Source: Caldithrix abyssi DSM 13497 (GTDB lineage Bacteria > Electryoneota > AABM5-125-24 > Hatepunaeales > Hatepunaeaceae). From it: a stretch of 64,000 nucleotides of DNA. The notes under the pieces are model-generated. The model did not search any database, was not told where the DNA came from, and was given only the letters and a program-made list of their open reading frames with translations. The position numbers and the translations under genes are program-made. The stretch lies in the NCBI GenBank assembly GCA_945865405.1, contig CAMBDS010000003.1:143436-207435 (forward strand), in the 5' to 3' direction. Of this stretch, positions 41,713 through 51,500 are shown in pieces (the first letter of the stretch is position 1; every line of letters starts with the position of its first letter).

Positions 41713-43363
41713 GAAATAGTGATCCGGATGGTGGTACGGTGATTGAGTATCTCTGTAGGTCTGACTCTCCATCTGACCCGATTCCAATTGAGTAATTTCC
41801 GTACTCCAAATTGACAAATTTTGCGTATCCATTTTCAAATTTTGCCCGCCGAAAATACTCCCTCCCGTCACTCCCCATTCCCACACTCGCAAAGTATTGG
41901 TTTGAATTAACTTTCGTTTTTGAGAGGAGGATCGTAATGGAGGGAAAATTGACAGCCTCCACTGCGTCCACCATCCCATACCCACACCCGTCGTCCGGCA
42001 TGTAGCTTTGTGATGCGGTCATGCGCAAAGCTTGAACGACCTTGCTTCCGGGCCATTCGGGGTGCGCTTCGATCACCAGTGCCGCCACGCCAGCGACAAT
42101 CGGGCAAGCGAGTGATGTCCCGTTCCATCTCGTATACTCATTGGTACTCAAAGGCTTAACGCACACGACTTGCCTTCCCATCGCGGCAATGTCTGGCTTT
42201 ACCCGCCCGTCCGATGAAGGGCCCCGCGAAGAAAAATTGGTCAATCTGCCTGACGAATCGACTGCCGCAACCGCCAATATCCCCGCCGCATCAGCCGGCG
42301 CGCCAATCGTAATTGCCCCGGGCCCCGCATTGCCTGCCGATATGCAGATCACCATTCCAAGTTCAGCCGCTCGCTCTGCCGCTCGTGAAATTGGCGACCG
42401 CCCGTCGTACTCTTCTATGTTATACCAATCTCTGTAACTTAGCGAGCTCGAAACTACATCCGCACCCAACTCCTCCAGCCACTCAAGTGCCTCAATCCAG
42501 TAATCTTCTTCAATCGCAGTTTCCGACCGGACGTCTTCGGTTTTCCCCAATGCAAAGCTTGCCCGAGGCGCTATACCGACAAGCCTCGCCGGGTCGTAAC
42601 CCCCGATCACCGAGAGGCATGCGGTTCCGTGACCAGCTTGACCGCTGGCGTCGGTTCGTGGGTCATAAGATGGGTCGGAGTCATGATTAATAAAATCGTA
42701 TTGCGCGATTAAATCAAGGCCTGCAAACGCACAATGGTCGAGTTGGAAGCCAGTGTCGAGCACGCCGATCAAGACTCCCTTCCCCATTCCACCCTTCCGG
42801 TGAACTTCATTGGCTCTCGCAAGTTCAGCCTGGCGATACGAAAACCCGTAAGCGCCCAATGGAGTTGCCTCATTGACCGGTAACGAAGCATTCGCAATAG
42901 CTGTGAACTGCTCGTCACGCGAAGCTTCATCCCTTCGGAGAGATTGAACCGCAGTCACACTCATTACGAATGGTAGTTTCTTAATTGCAATAAGTTGTGC
43001 TGAATTTGCTTCAACCGAAATTGCTGAAAGCCAACGCGATTGACATACGAGTTTCGCTCCAGTTTGAGTAATTTCGGTGATCAGAGAGGGTTCTAATGGT
43101 AGGTCATTTACGCTATATCCACATCCATTCTTCCTCCTCCTTGCCGATGATCGCTCAGGCCAAATGTGCTCGAGATTGCTTATCTGAGTCTCTGTTTCAT
43201 AATGATTTCTGTTTAAGCGTTGAACGATTATCCAGTAACGTGAGGAAGGCGCGGATCGGGTCGGATGTTGTTGAGCAGTTAAAATCGGAGAAACTGATAG
43301 GAAGAGTATTAAGAATATAGCAATACGAATTTGCGGCTTATAATTCATAGAAATGTCAATCAT
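41690..43363 (-). CDS. Subtilisin-like serine peptidase (S8 family)
   Basis: Signal peptide. Catalytic triad in order: GVLDTGF (Asp), HGTACLSVIGG (His), NGTSLACPIVAGVAAL (Ser). The 3' end overlaps convergent rsmD by 23 nt. Confidence 0.9.
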   Translation of the reverse strand: MIDISMNYKPQIRIAIFLILFLSVSPILTAQQHPTRSAPSSRYWIIVQRLNRNHYETETQISNLEHIWPERSSARRRKNGCGYSVNDLPLEPSLITEITQTGAKLVCQSRWLSAISVEANSAQLIAIKKLPFVMSVTAVQSLRRDEASRDEQFTAIANASLPVNEATPLGAYGFSYRQAELARANEVHRKGGMGKGVLIGVLDTGFQLDHCAFAGLDLIAQYDFINHDSDPSYDPRTDASGQAGHGTACLSVIGGYDPARLVGIAPRASFALGKTEDVRSETAIEEDYWIEALEWLEELGADVVSSSLSYRDWYNIEEYDGRSPISRAAERAAELGMVICISAGNAGPGAITIGAPADAAGILAVAAVDSSGRLTNFSSRGPSSDGRVKPDIAAMGRQVVCVKPLSTNEYTRWNGTSLACPIVAGVAALVIEAHPEWPGSKVVQALRMTASQSYMPDDGCGYGMVDAVEAVNFPSITILLSKTKVNSNQYFASVGMGSDGREYFRRAKFENGYAKFVNLEYGNYSIGIGSDGESDLQRYSITVPPSGSLFLKDLNFP

Positions 43364-44328
43364 TTGACGCGAGATAAAATCTGAATTCCGCCACCGGTTA
43401 TGTTACACACCACCTTTTCTTGAGTAGGATGAAGATCAGGATTTTCTCCATAATTCGAAATTTGCGTATCCACTCCATCGATATTTATCCATATTCCTAA
43501 CCATGTTGACCCGCCGTTGCGAGAAAATACGACCTGATTACCTGTACGATTGGTTGAAGAATTAACTACATAGGCTGTCAACGAGTCCAAGATAGCGGGG
43601 TTATCTCCATGAATTCGCCATAAGCTGCCCCGCACAAAGCCGCTTGTGTAATTGTTTATAACAACAAAAAGATACCTTCCGTCTGCAGACCAATCCCAAT
43701 GCAAAGCCCCGACTGGCGACGCCTCTACCGGGTTCGTGCCTTCACTCGATATCCAAAGCTTGCCGGCAATTAGCCCATCCGCATAGGCAACCTGATTGGA
43801 AAGCGGGCGACCCTGCGGCTTCAAACCTCCGCCTGCAATTAATCGGGCGAGGGTATCACCTACGGTTACCGCATAAATTCCAGGCGGACCTGTTACTGGA
43901 TTTTCAATGTGAAAATAGAGGGCATTTCCGGAATCACCCCATGAGACATCACGGCCCCGATCATATATCCTTGACAGATCATGTGTTGCAACTGTTACCA
44001 TCCAGACACCACTTAACGAATCGCCTGACCCGGCAGGTGAAGTGAAAGCGATTTTTGCGCCATCGGGTGACCAGCAGTAATCCCAATTGTGAGGCGGCAA
44101 ATTCGGAATCAATTCTGGTTGAGAATTTTCACCCATAATCGCAATTCCGAGTGAGCCGGGACGATCATCGCCAAAAGCGATCTTTATCCCGTCAGGACTC
44201 CAGCGAGGCACAAGTCCGTAATTGATCGATTGAGCAACTGACCACTCCTCCGGCTCAACCTCTGTCCCGCCACAACCGACCGCGATTAACAGAAGCAACG
44301 AGAGCCAAACTGGGAACGATTTCGACAC
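43360..44328 (-). CDS. TolB-like beta-propeller lipoprotein (PD40 repeats)
   Basis: LLLIAVGCGG lipobox. Repeated W(S)PDG.KIAF-type motifs (WSPDGIKIAF, WSPDGAKIAF, WSADGRYLF). Confidence 0.65.
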   Translation of the reverse strand: MSKSFPVWLSLLLLIAVGCGGTEVEPEEWSVAQSINYGLVPRWSPDGIKIAFGDDRPGSLGIAIMGENSQPELIPNLPPHNWDYCWSPDGAKIAFTSPAGSGDSLSGVWMVTVATHDLSRIYDRGRDVSWGDSGNALYFHIENPVTGPPGIYAVTVGDTLARLIAGGGLKPQGRPLSNQVAYADGLIAGKLWISSEGTNPVEASPVGALHWDWSADGRYLFVVINNYTSGFVRGSLWRIHGDNPAILDSLTAYVVNSSTNRTGNQVVFSRNGGSTWLGIWINIDGVDTQISNYGENPDLHPTQEKVVCNITGGGIQILSRVK

Positions 44329-44331
44329 GCC

Positions 44332-44814
44332 TTAAAGACCCTCAGAGCGATTAATTTCTTCAACCTTCAGGTTTAAGATCCCTGAAGGGACATCGATGGT
44401 TACAACTTCACCGACTTTTTTGCCCAACAGTCCCGATCCAATCGGTGATTGAACTGAGATCAACTTAAGGGAGGGATTCGATTGCATCGGATCGACCAGT
44501 GTATATTCGAAAACTGTCCCGTTCGACATATTTTTCAGCTTGACTTTGCTCAAGATTCGTACTTCATCGGTCGCCATATCGCTTTGATCGATGATCTGAA
44601 CGCGCGAAAGTTTTTCCTGCAAGTCTCCGATCCGACGGTCGATATCGCCGAGCTTTTCCTTTGCTGCGTCATATTCAGCATTTTCCGACAGGTCGCCATG
44701 CGCACGGGCGACCGCGAGCTGGTGGACTGCCTCAGGACGGTGCTCTTTTACCAGCAATTCCAGTTCTTTTCTCTGTTTTTCAAGACCTTCGCGGGTTAAA
44801 TAAACTTTTTCCAT
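44332..44814 (-). CDS. greA: Transcription elongation factor GreA
   Basis: 160 aa. LTREGLEKQRKELELL...ARAHGDLSENAEYDAAKE...SPIGSGLLGKKVGEVV. Confidence 0.95.
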   Translation of the reverse strand: MEKVYLTREGLEKQRKELELLVKEHRPEAVHQLAVARAHGDLSENAEYDAAKEKLGDIDRRIGDLQEKLSRVQIIDQSDMATDEVRILSKVKLKNMSNGTVFEYTLVDPMQSNPSLKLISVQSPIGSGLLGKKVGEVVTIDVPSGILNLKVEEINRSEGL

Positions 44815-44827
44815 TGATCTTTGTTTT

Positions 44828-46279
44828 TTAGCGGCCTCGGTGTATCAGCCGTTCGTGTACGAATGATGTTATGCCTTTTTCGACGGCTCTCGCCAGTCGG
44901 TCGGGGTAATCCTCTCTGCCAATCAGCATTTCCTGATCCGGCAGCATCAAATAAGCGGTTTCCAGCAAAATTGCCGGTTGTGCGGTCGGACGAACGACCG
45001 CCAGATCGTTGTAATAAATTCCTTCATCGTAGAGACCAAGCTCTCTTACCACCTCGCGTTGCACTGCAAGAGCAAGTTCACGACTTTGGGGGCGGTAAAA
45101 GTAGGTTCCGGTACCAAAATCACCGAAAGGATTGACGCCATCGGGCAACGCATTGTGGTGGAGGCTTACAAAGAGATCAGCATTAAACTGTTCAGCCAGT
45201 GCTGTACGTTCTGGCAAGCCGAGCGCAGAATCGTGATCCAATGTCAACAGGACGGTTGCTCCTGACTTCTCAAGACGCTCGACCAAGACTTTGGCGCAGA
45301 CGAGATTGGCACTCTTTTCTTTCAAACGGGTGGGGCCAATTGCCCCGTCCTGTTGCCCGCCATGACCGGGATCGACGGCGATGCGCAACCCCTCCAGCCG
45401 CCTTCCGACAGCGGGTGACGACCTGAACTTCAGACGGTAGCCTTTCTCTTCCCAACGACCGGAATAGCCCCACAACTGCCCTGCAAGCCGCACGTCGATC
45501 TCTATGCAAGCATCTCCGGTCTGTGCCCAGGTCACCTCTTCGATAAATTCTGTGCCGGGTGGGTAGGAAACTTTATCAATGTGGGATACTGCGCCAAATA
45601 GTTCGATCAAAATCCTGTCGCCGTCAGAGTCGTCGGCAAGCCTGACTAACAATTTACGGTCAACGGGAATGAAAAGTGAGACGCCGTTGCTTTCTTTCTC
45701 GACTTCGATCTTCCATATAGCAACCGGATCGGGTGGCAAAGCTTTGGCGAGATCGGTGCGAATAGTTCTGCCTTCGACCCACGCTGACCTGCCTGTCGTC
45801 AAGTCAAGGCGGTAATATCCTGCCGAATAACCGGATGCAAGAGCGCGAGTCCCAGCCGTCGGAAAGATGAAGTAAGTCCCACGTGGATCAGTTCGCAGCG
45901 GTTGCCCCGAAAGCTCAATCATTCGTGGAAACTCTCCTGTCGGAGAAGATGCACCTGCCGGAGTTGGTAACGGCTTGGTCGTAAAGCGAACCTCGTGTAA
46001 GGTTGTATCCAGTCCGGCAGTTGCGACCAGAGAGTACCGCTTCCCAACCCAATCGACCGGCTGAAACACGAGAAACGAGCCGTTGCTGTTCAGCCTCGCT
46101 TCGATCCCGTTTATCCAGAGACGCGAACCGGCTGGCTGAACCGAGCCGAACACGAAGTTACTGTCAACCTTATTGATGTAGGGTATCGTGTCTCCGGGGG
46201 CGATCCTCGGATAGACGACATCTACTATCGGGGCGGTCTGAACCGCCACCCAAATCACCAGAAACCCAAGCGTCGTCAC
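44828..46279 (-). CDS. N-acetylmuramoyl-L-alanine amidase (Amidase_3) with N-terminal extension
   Basis: IAVDPGHGGQQDGAIGPTRLKEKSANL...ADLFVSLHHNA...LLETAYL in the C-terminal third. Confidence 0.85.
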   Translation of the reverse strand: MTTLGFLVIWVAVQTAPIVDVVYPRIAPGDTIPYINKVDSNFVFGSVQPAGSRLWINGIEARLNSNGSFLVFQPVDWVGKRYSLVATAGLDTTLHEVRFTTKPLPTPAGASSPTGEFPRMIELSGQPLRTDPRGTYFIFPTAGTRALASGYSAGYYRLDLTTGRSAWVEGRTIRTDLAKALPPDPVAIWKIEVEKESNGVSLFIPVDRKLLVRLADDSDGDRILIELFGAVSHIDKVSYPPGTEFIEEVTWAQTGDACIEIDVRLAGQLWGYSGRWEEKGYRLKFRSSPAVGRRLEGLRIAVDPGHGGQQDGAIGPTRLKEKSANLVCAKVLVERLEKSGATVLLTLDHDSALGLPERTALAEQFNADLFVSLHHNALPDGVNPFGDFGTGTYFYRPQSRELALAVQREVVRELGLYDEGIYYNDLAVVRPTAQPAILLETAYLMLPDQEMLIGREDYPDRLARAVEKGITSFVHERLIHRGR

Positions 46280-47040
46280 GATTGGCTCGCCTCATATCGG
46301 GCAAACTCGGCAATCCCTTCGAGAGTCAGATGGGCGTGGTAATCGATGATATTTTTGCTCAGTTCGGCGAAAATTCTCCCGTTTCCGCCGGTCGCAATAG
46401 CTGGAATGGGCAGACAAAGGGAAGCCTCTACCCGCTCGATCAGGCCATCTACGAGTTCAACCAGACCATAAGTTACACCGGAGGCAATCGATTCGGCTGT
46501 CGATTTACCGATGGGTGACGGAGGAAAATCGACGGTGATCTCCGGTAGCTGACCCGTTCCACCAGCAAGTGTCTTCATCATCAGGTCGGAACCGGGGGCG
46601 ATGACGCCGCCGAGAAATACACCCTCTTCGTTGACAATGTTCAGGGTTACTGCCGTACCAAAATCTACGATAATTAGTGGCCCACCAAATCTGTCAAAGC
46701 CACCGAGCGCATCGGCCAACCGATCACTGCCAAGAGTTTCAGGTGTCGAGTAGTCAATCCCGTAAGGGTAGTTATCCGCACAGACCTTCGTGACGGGAAT
46801 TCCGCGATATTGACGCTCCAGCCAGGCTTCAAGCAAGGGCTTGGCGGCAGGGACAACGCAAGACCAGGCAATCCAATCAAACCCGCCAGCCCCAGTCGAT
46901 ATTTGGAGCGAAAACTGATTCCATCCTGTCGGCATAAGAAGTTGTGCGGTAGCTTCACTTACTGAGAAAAGCAAGTCCTCGTCGTCGAAAATGCCTACTT
47001 TGGTTCTGCTGTTGCCGATGTCGATAGCCAGAATCTTCAT
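46276..47040 (-). CDS. coaX: Type III pantothenate kinase
   Basis: MKILAIDIGNSRTKVGIF...GSDRLADALG...IIVDFGTAVT... Classic coaX position next to birA. Confidence 0.9.
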   Translation of the reverse strand: MKILAIDIGNSRTKVGIFDDEDLLFSVSEATAQLLMPTGWNQFSLQISTGAGGFDWIAWSCVVPAAKPLLEAWLERQYRGIPVTKVCADNYPYGIDYSTPETLGSDRLADALGGFDRFGGPLIIVDFGTAVTLNIVNEEGVFLGGVIAPGSDLMMKTLAGGTGQLPEITVDFPPSPIGKSTAESIASGVTYGLVELVDGLIERVEASLCLPIPAIATGGNGRIFAELSKNIIDYHAHLTLEGIAEFARYEASQS

Positions 47041-47780
47041 GACGATAACTCGCCGGATCTGACGGTACGCCTGACGCCACGCCCCAAATTTAGCACGAGT
47101 GCTCCATCGACGCGGATCTCCTCGACAATCCCGGCAATGCGTTGGTTTCCATCTGCAACTTCGACATGTTCACCTGTTAAGCCTGAGCATTCGATCCATT
47201 CGCGGGAGACCCATGACCAGCCTTCTGTCTCAAGCCTGTCAAGGTAAAATCCGATTGATTGCAAGAAAGTTGGCAGGAGCTTCGCCGGAGAACTCCTTTT
47301 TCCGGTTATCATGTGAAGCGAAGTCGCTGGAGTCCGAAAGTCGCCTTCGAAATCGGCAGTTGTCTGGTTGACGTTGAGGCCGATACCGGCGATGGTCAGC
47401 TTTTTATCGTCATCGGAATGGGTTGACTCGCAGAGAATGCCGGATAATTTTTTGTTATCATAAAGAATGTCATTCGGCCAGCGCAATTTAAGCTGGGAAG
47501 TGTCGCCGATTTCTTTGGCGATTCCGTCGAACATGCCGAGCGAGATCAATAAACCGATCAGCGGCAGAAGTGACTCCGGTAGCAATGGCTCCAACAACAT
47601 CGAGAACATCAGACCGTCCTCTGACTTCGACTCCCACTTGCGCCCAAGTCGCCCGCGTCCATCCGATTGAAAATTCGCCTGTACAACAGCACCCGGTTTG
47701 ATGAAACCTTGGACGGCGTTCTGTTTCAGCCAATTATTAGTCGAATCGAGAGAATCGAAATGATAAACCTGAAATTCCAA
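47037..47780 (-). CDS. birA: Biotin-[acetyl-CoA-carboxylase] ligase (class I, no HTH)
   Basis: 247 aa. QSDGRGRLGRKWES, KWPNDILYDNKKLSGILCE, GIGLNVNQ. No N-terminal DNA-binding domain. Confidence 0.9.
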   Translation of the reverse strand: MEFQVYHFDSLDSTNNWLKQNAVQGFIKPGAVVQANFQSDGRGRLGRKWESKSEDGLMFSMLLEPLLPESLLPLIGLLISLGMFDGIAKEIGDTSQLKLRWPNDILYDNKKLSGILCESTHSDDDKKLTIAGIGLNVNQTTADFEGDFRTPATSLHMITGKRSSPAKLLPTFLQSIGFYLDRLETEGWSWVSREWIECSGLTGEHVEVADGNQRIAGIVEEIRVDGALVLNLGRGVRRTVRSGELSS

Positions 47781-47857
47781 CCACGTCTCTTCGTTTGACC
47801 GTTAACTGGCTTCGACAACACTTGACAATTGCCATGAAGTAATCTTAGGTTGATACT

Positions 47858-49777
47858 GTGTCAAGCAAAATTCTAACATTACTGCCAAGCCCCGCGTTAG
47901 CCATTGCCCTCGGACTGGCGACTGCCGTGAGGGTGATTTACTGGCTTGCAGTTGCTGATCAGCCGTGGTTTCAGACGCCGGGCATGGACCCGGAGTTTTA
48001 CCGAACTTGGGCATCGGCGATTCTTGCCGGGCATGGGGCGGAATACATCCCGTTCCCCCGCGCGCCACTCTACTCCTATCTGCTTGCCGGCATCCTGAAA
48101 CTTTCAGGATCCGCTTGGCTTCTTCCCCGCCTTTTCAACCTGATCTTCGACCTCGTCACTGTTGGCGCGATCTGGTCAATCGGGAAAAAGATTGGTGGCA
48201 ATCGAGCAGGGTTCATAGCCGCTCTATTGTTCGCGCTCTGCGGAATGGCAATCTATCAGAGCGGGGAGCTGTTGATGACGTCGCTCGAAATGGCACTCGC
48301 GGCACTCTACCTTCTAATGTTCATCCGGACGTTGGAGTCCGGTAAAATCAGTTCAGCGGCGGCTTCCGGGCTGCTTTTGGGACTCTTCGCGCTCTGTCGC
48401 CCAAATGCGCTGGTACTGATGTTGTTAGCACCATTGGTGCTGGTTCTGTTCTGGCGCAAAGAGCTACATCGGGGGCTGATTTTAGCACCAGTGATGGCGA
48501 CAATCGGGCTGTTGGTAATCGCACCGGCGACCTACCTTAACTATGTGGCGACCGCGAAACTTGTTCCGGTCGCCACACAAGGCGGGGTAAATTTTTTCAT
48601 CGGTAATGCCCGAGGTGCCAACGGCTGGGCTTCATCACTTCCCGGAGTCGGGTCCGATTGGGTCGATGCCGACGCCGAAAGAATCACCGAGCTTGATGCG
48701 GGAAAGCCGCTGGAAACCTACCAGGAGTCCCGCCAGCTATGGAAAATGGGGCTCGCTGAAATTAAGGCAGATCCGGTTGCATGGACCGCTCTGATGGCGC
48801 GAAAGTTTTTGCTGTTAAACAACATTCGCGAGATTGGCAACAACCGCCCGTTGGCACTACCCATCGAGGCTGCGCCATTTCTGCGCTTGTTGTTCCTGAT
48901 CTCTGTCGGTGGACTCCTGCCCTTCGCAATCGTCGGATTCGTTCAAACGCGAAAGAATCGAGCTTTCGCGATAGGAAGCCTGACGTTTATCATGATCTAC
49001 GGCGGAAGCCTGTTACTCTTTTTCATCTCGAGTCGCTACCGGATGCCGTTGATGCCAATAGTGGCGGTACTGGCGGGGGTCGGGGTTACTTATCTATTTG
49101 CCAACCTTGCCAACCTGTTGCGAAGAAGCAGTTTGATTGCACTGACGGTTGGGTTGGTGATTGCAGTGCCTCCATGGGGAGGAACAAAGTTTGAGAACCC
49201 GGCCCAGGGATACTTCGTCGTCGGTAACGCGTTGCAAAAGCAGGGTCGTTACGCCGAAGCGATGCAATACTACGCTCGATCTGCTTCACTCGAACCGGGT
49301 TACCCCAAATTGCACCTGAACATGGGCGTAGCGTTGATGGCGAGCGGAGACACATTAGTGGCCGCCCAAGAGTTTCAGATAGAATTGTCGCTAAGTCCAG
49401 AGCGAGGCGAGGCGCTGAACAATCTGGCCGTTATCGCCGAAAGTCGTGGTGATCTAACACTCGCCAAAGAGTATTATCGACGGGCATCCGAAATGGAGTA
49501 TGGCGGTCAAGAGGCACTCGAGAACCTAATCCGTGTGGTGTTAAAGCAAGGTGACGACCTGTTTCAGCACGGGAATCTTGAGTCGGCAACATCTATTTAT
49601 CAGGAGGCTTCTTCGACGTCACTTACTGATCCGAGACCCTTATACCGCATGGCGTTGATAGCGGCAACCAAAGGAGAATTCCAGGAAGCGAGAGGCTTGG
49701 CAAGGGAAGCGCTTATCCGGGATCGGGAATATCAACCGGCTTCGAAGCTTCTTGCGGAACTTCCCCTGGAGGAATAA
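47858..49777 (+). CDS. ArnT/PMT-like (GT39/GT-C) membrane glycosyltransferase fused to C-terminal TPR repeats
   Basis: About 11 TM segments with an early periplasmic loop (PFPRAPLYSYLLAG). The C-terminal 200 aa are TPR repeats (GYFVVGNALQKQGRYAEAMQYYARSASLEPGY..., GEALNNLAVIAESRGDLTLAKEYYRRA). Confidence 0.7.
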   Translation: MSSKILTLLPSPALAIALGLATAVRVIYWLAVADQPWFQTPGMDPEFYRTWASAILAGHGAEYIPFPRAPLYSYLLAGILKLSGSAWLLPRLFNLIFDLVTVGAIWSIGKKIGGNRAGFIAALLFALCGMAIYQSGELLMTSLEMALAALYLLMFIRTLESGKISSAAASGLLLGLFALCRPNALVLMLLAPLVLVLFWRKELHRGLILAPVMATIGLLVIAPATYLNYVATAKLVPVATQGGVNFFIGNARGANGWASSLPGVGSDWVDADAERITELDAGKPLETYQESRQLWKMGLAEIKADPVAWTALMARKFLLLNNIREIGNNRPLALPIEAAPFLRLLFLISVGGLLPFAIVGFVQTRKNRAFAIGSLTFIMIYGGSLLLFFISSRYRMPLMPIVAVLAGVGVTYLFANLANLLRRSSLIALTVGLVIAVPPWGGTKFENPAQGYFVVGNALQKQGRYAEAMQYYARSASLEPGYPKLHLNMGVALMASGDTLVAAQEFQIELSLSPERGEALNNLAVIAESRGDLTLAKEYYRRASEMEYGGQEALENLIRVVLKQGDDLFQHGNLESATSIYQEASSTSLTDPRPLYRMALIAATKGEFQEARGLAREALIRDREYQPASKLLAELPLEE

Positions 49778-51449
49778 GCTCAAGCAGTGAGTGCTTATAA
49801 ATGACGTGACCCTTGAGAAATATATCCACCTTGGTCGCCCTAATACCAAACTCCTCAAACGAGGCATCTGAACTATATCGGGGGCTCTCAAAGTAGTGGA
49901 TTTTCCGAGCGTCTTTTGCCCTGAGCTCTTTTATCAACCCTGACATCGACTCACCTTTACGCAACACAAACCACGGCTGGTTATAGCTTGCAATGGCACA
50001 ATCGCCAGGAAGCCACCAGTTTCTTGTAATTACAAAATCATCCTCACATTTAGCCGTCCACTCATTCAAAAATTTGTTAATTATAGTATGACGGAATTCC
50101 AAAAAGAATGATACAAACTGATTCATCACAGAGAGACTTGCCAGAATGATAATTATCGCCCGCATCTCAGCGCGCCTCTGCCACCAACGTTGTAATCTAA
50201 CGCTTGCCAATAACAGGACAATTGGATAGATCATCAATAGGTGACGTGGCCCCCAATGCACGCCTTTTACAGCAGGACTGATGGCTGCAAGAAGCACAAT
50301 GGTCAGCAAACTCCCCTTCCACATCAACTGCCAAAACTTTCTTCGTTCTCCACTGAGCGGCATAAAGGCCAAGGCGATAATAGGTGAAATCCAGATCATT
50401 CCACCCGACTCGGCGGTATAGGCGATCATATTCTTTGACTTAAAAATCGAGAACAGATAAATCATTCCAACCATCGCTACGCTAGCGGAGATGTAAGGGC
50501 CAAGTTTATTTTCATCACGCCATAGAGGTCTTAACACGGCCAATGCAATAGGAATAAAGCAAAGCAAAGATAATACATTAGACGGAAATCCTTGAAGTAA
50601 CAGGATGTAGATATTCTGCAACCTGGTTATTACCAACTCTACTATACTTGAAGGAGGTCGTGCAATTAGATTGGCGAGAATGTGCATCGGGTAAGGAACA
50701 GTCGTTTGCCAGAAGTTTATCAGTGCGATTGCCAACAACCCTGCGGTAATTCCGAATATAAATCTCAACATCGATGGTAGTTGTCGCCCGGTATCCTTCC
50801 AAAATACCACAAGAATCACTGCCCACAAAATTACTTCGCTTCGAAGCCCTGAAGCTATGGCTATCAATAGTCCGGCTGGAAAAATTCCTTTCGCATCGCT
50901 CGACTTAACCTTGACGGAATGCGGTGGAAATAGCAATACAATAGCAAATACAAATAGAGCCGTCGCGAGAGTGTGTTCCCACAATGCCATTGTATAAAAT
51001 AAAATTGGAGAACCAACTCCAATAAGTCCAAGAAATACTCTGGCATCGTGATTTTGGCGTTGATTTCGCCACAATTGCCATGATCCAAACAGAACTCCCC
51101 ATCCGCCTATTAGCGGCAACAAGTATGGACCCCAATCGCCAAACACTTTAATTAGTAGTCCACCGAGTACCATAAAAAGTGGTGAAAATACAGGAATTTG
51201 TCCGGTTGCGGTAGCTAAACCGAAGGGCGGCTGTAACGGACGGAATTTGGAGTCGATACCAAATTCGATGCCCCGATTTGGCAAGACAATGCTTCCTGTC
51301 TCAGCAAAAGCCTTCATTCCCTGGAATTTGAACCCATTGTCAAGTCCCCAGAAAGACGGCTTTGGAATTGTCAGCCAAAATAAAAGATACAGCGCCGCGA
51401 GACTGAATACTACGTATGCTTCGCGGCGCCGTGTAGGAGAGGATATCAT
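49713..51449 (-). CDS. Polytopic membrane protein, GT-C/ArnT-like (tentative)
   Basis: 578 aa with about 13 hydrophobic segments and a soluble tail of about 140 aa. Noticeably AT-richer than its neighbours. The 3' end overlaps the convergent gene by 65 nt. Confidence 0.45.
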   Translation of the reverse strand: MISSPTRRREAYVVFSLAALYLLFWLTIPKPSFWGLDNGFKFQGMKAFAETGSIVLPNRGIEFGIDSKFRPLQPPFGLATATGQIPVFSPLFMVLGGLLIKVFGDWGPYLLPLIGGWGVLFGSWQLWRNQRQNHDARVFLGLIGVGSPILFYTMALWEHTLATALFVFAIVLLFPPHSVKVKSSDAKGIFPAGLLIAIASGLRSEVILWAVILVVFWKDTGRQLPSMLRFIFGITAGLLAIALINFWQTTVPYPMHILANLIARPPSSIVELVITRLQNIYILLLQGFPSNVLSLLCFIPIALAVLRPLWRDENKLGPYISASVAMVGMIYLFSIFKSKNMIAYTAESGGMIWISPIIALAFMPLSGERRKFWQLMWKGSLLTIVLLAAISPAVKGVHWGPRHLLMIYPIVLLLASVRLQRWWQRRAEMRAIIIILASLSVMNQFVSFFLEFRHTIINKFLNEWTAKCEDDFVITRNWWLPGDCAIASYNQPWFVLRKGESMSGLIKELRAKDARKIHYFESPRYSSDASFEEFGIRATKVDIFLKGHVIYKHSLLELIPPGEVPQEASKPVDIPDPG

Positions 51450-51500
51450 TTATTGAGAGACCAGTTAACTAAAACAGAGAAACTCTCACGACTGTTTGGG

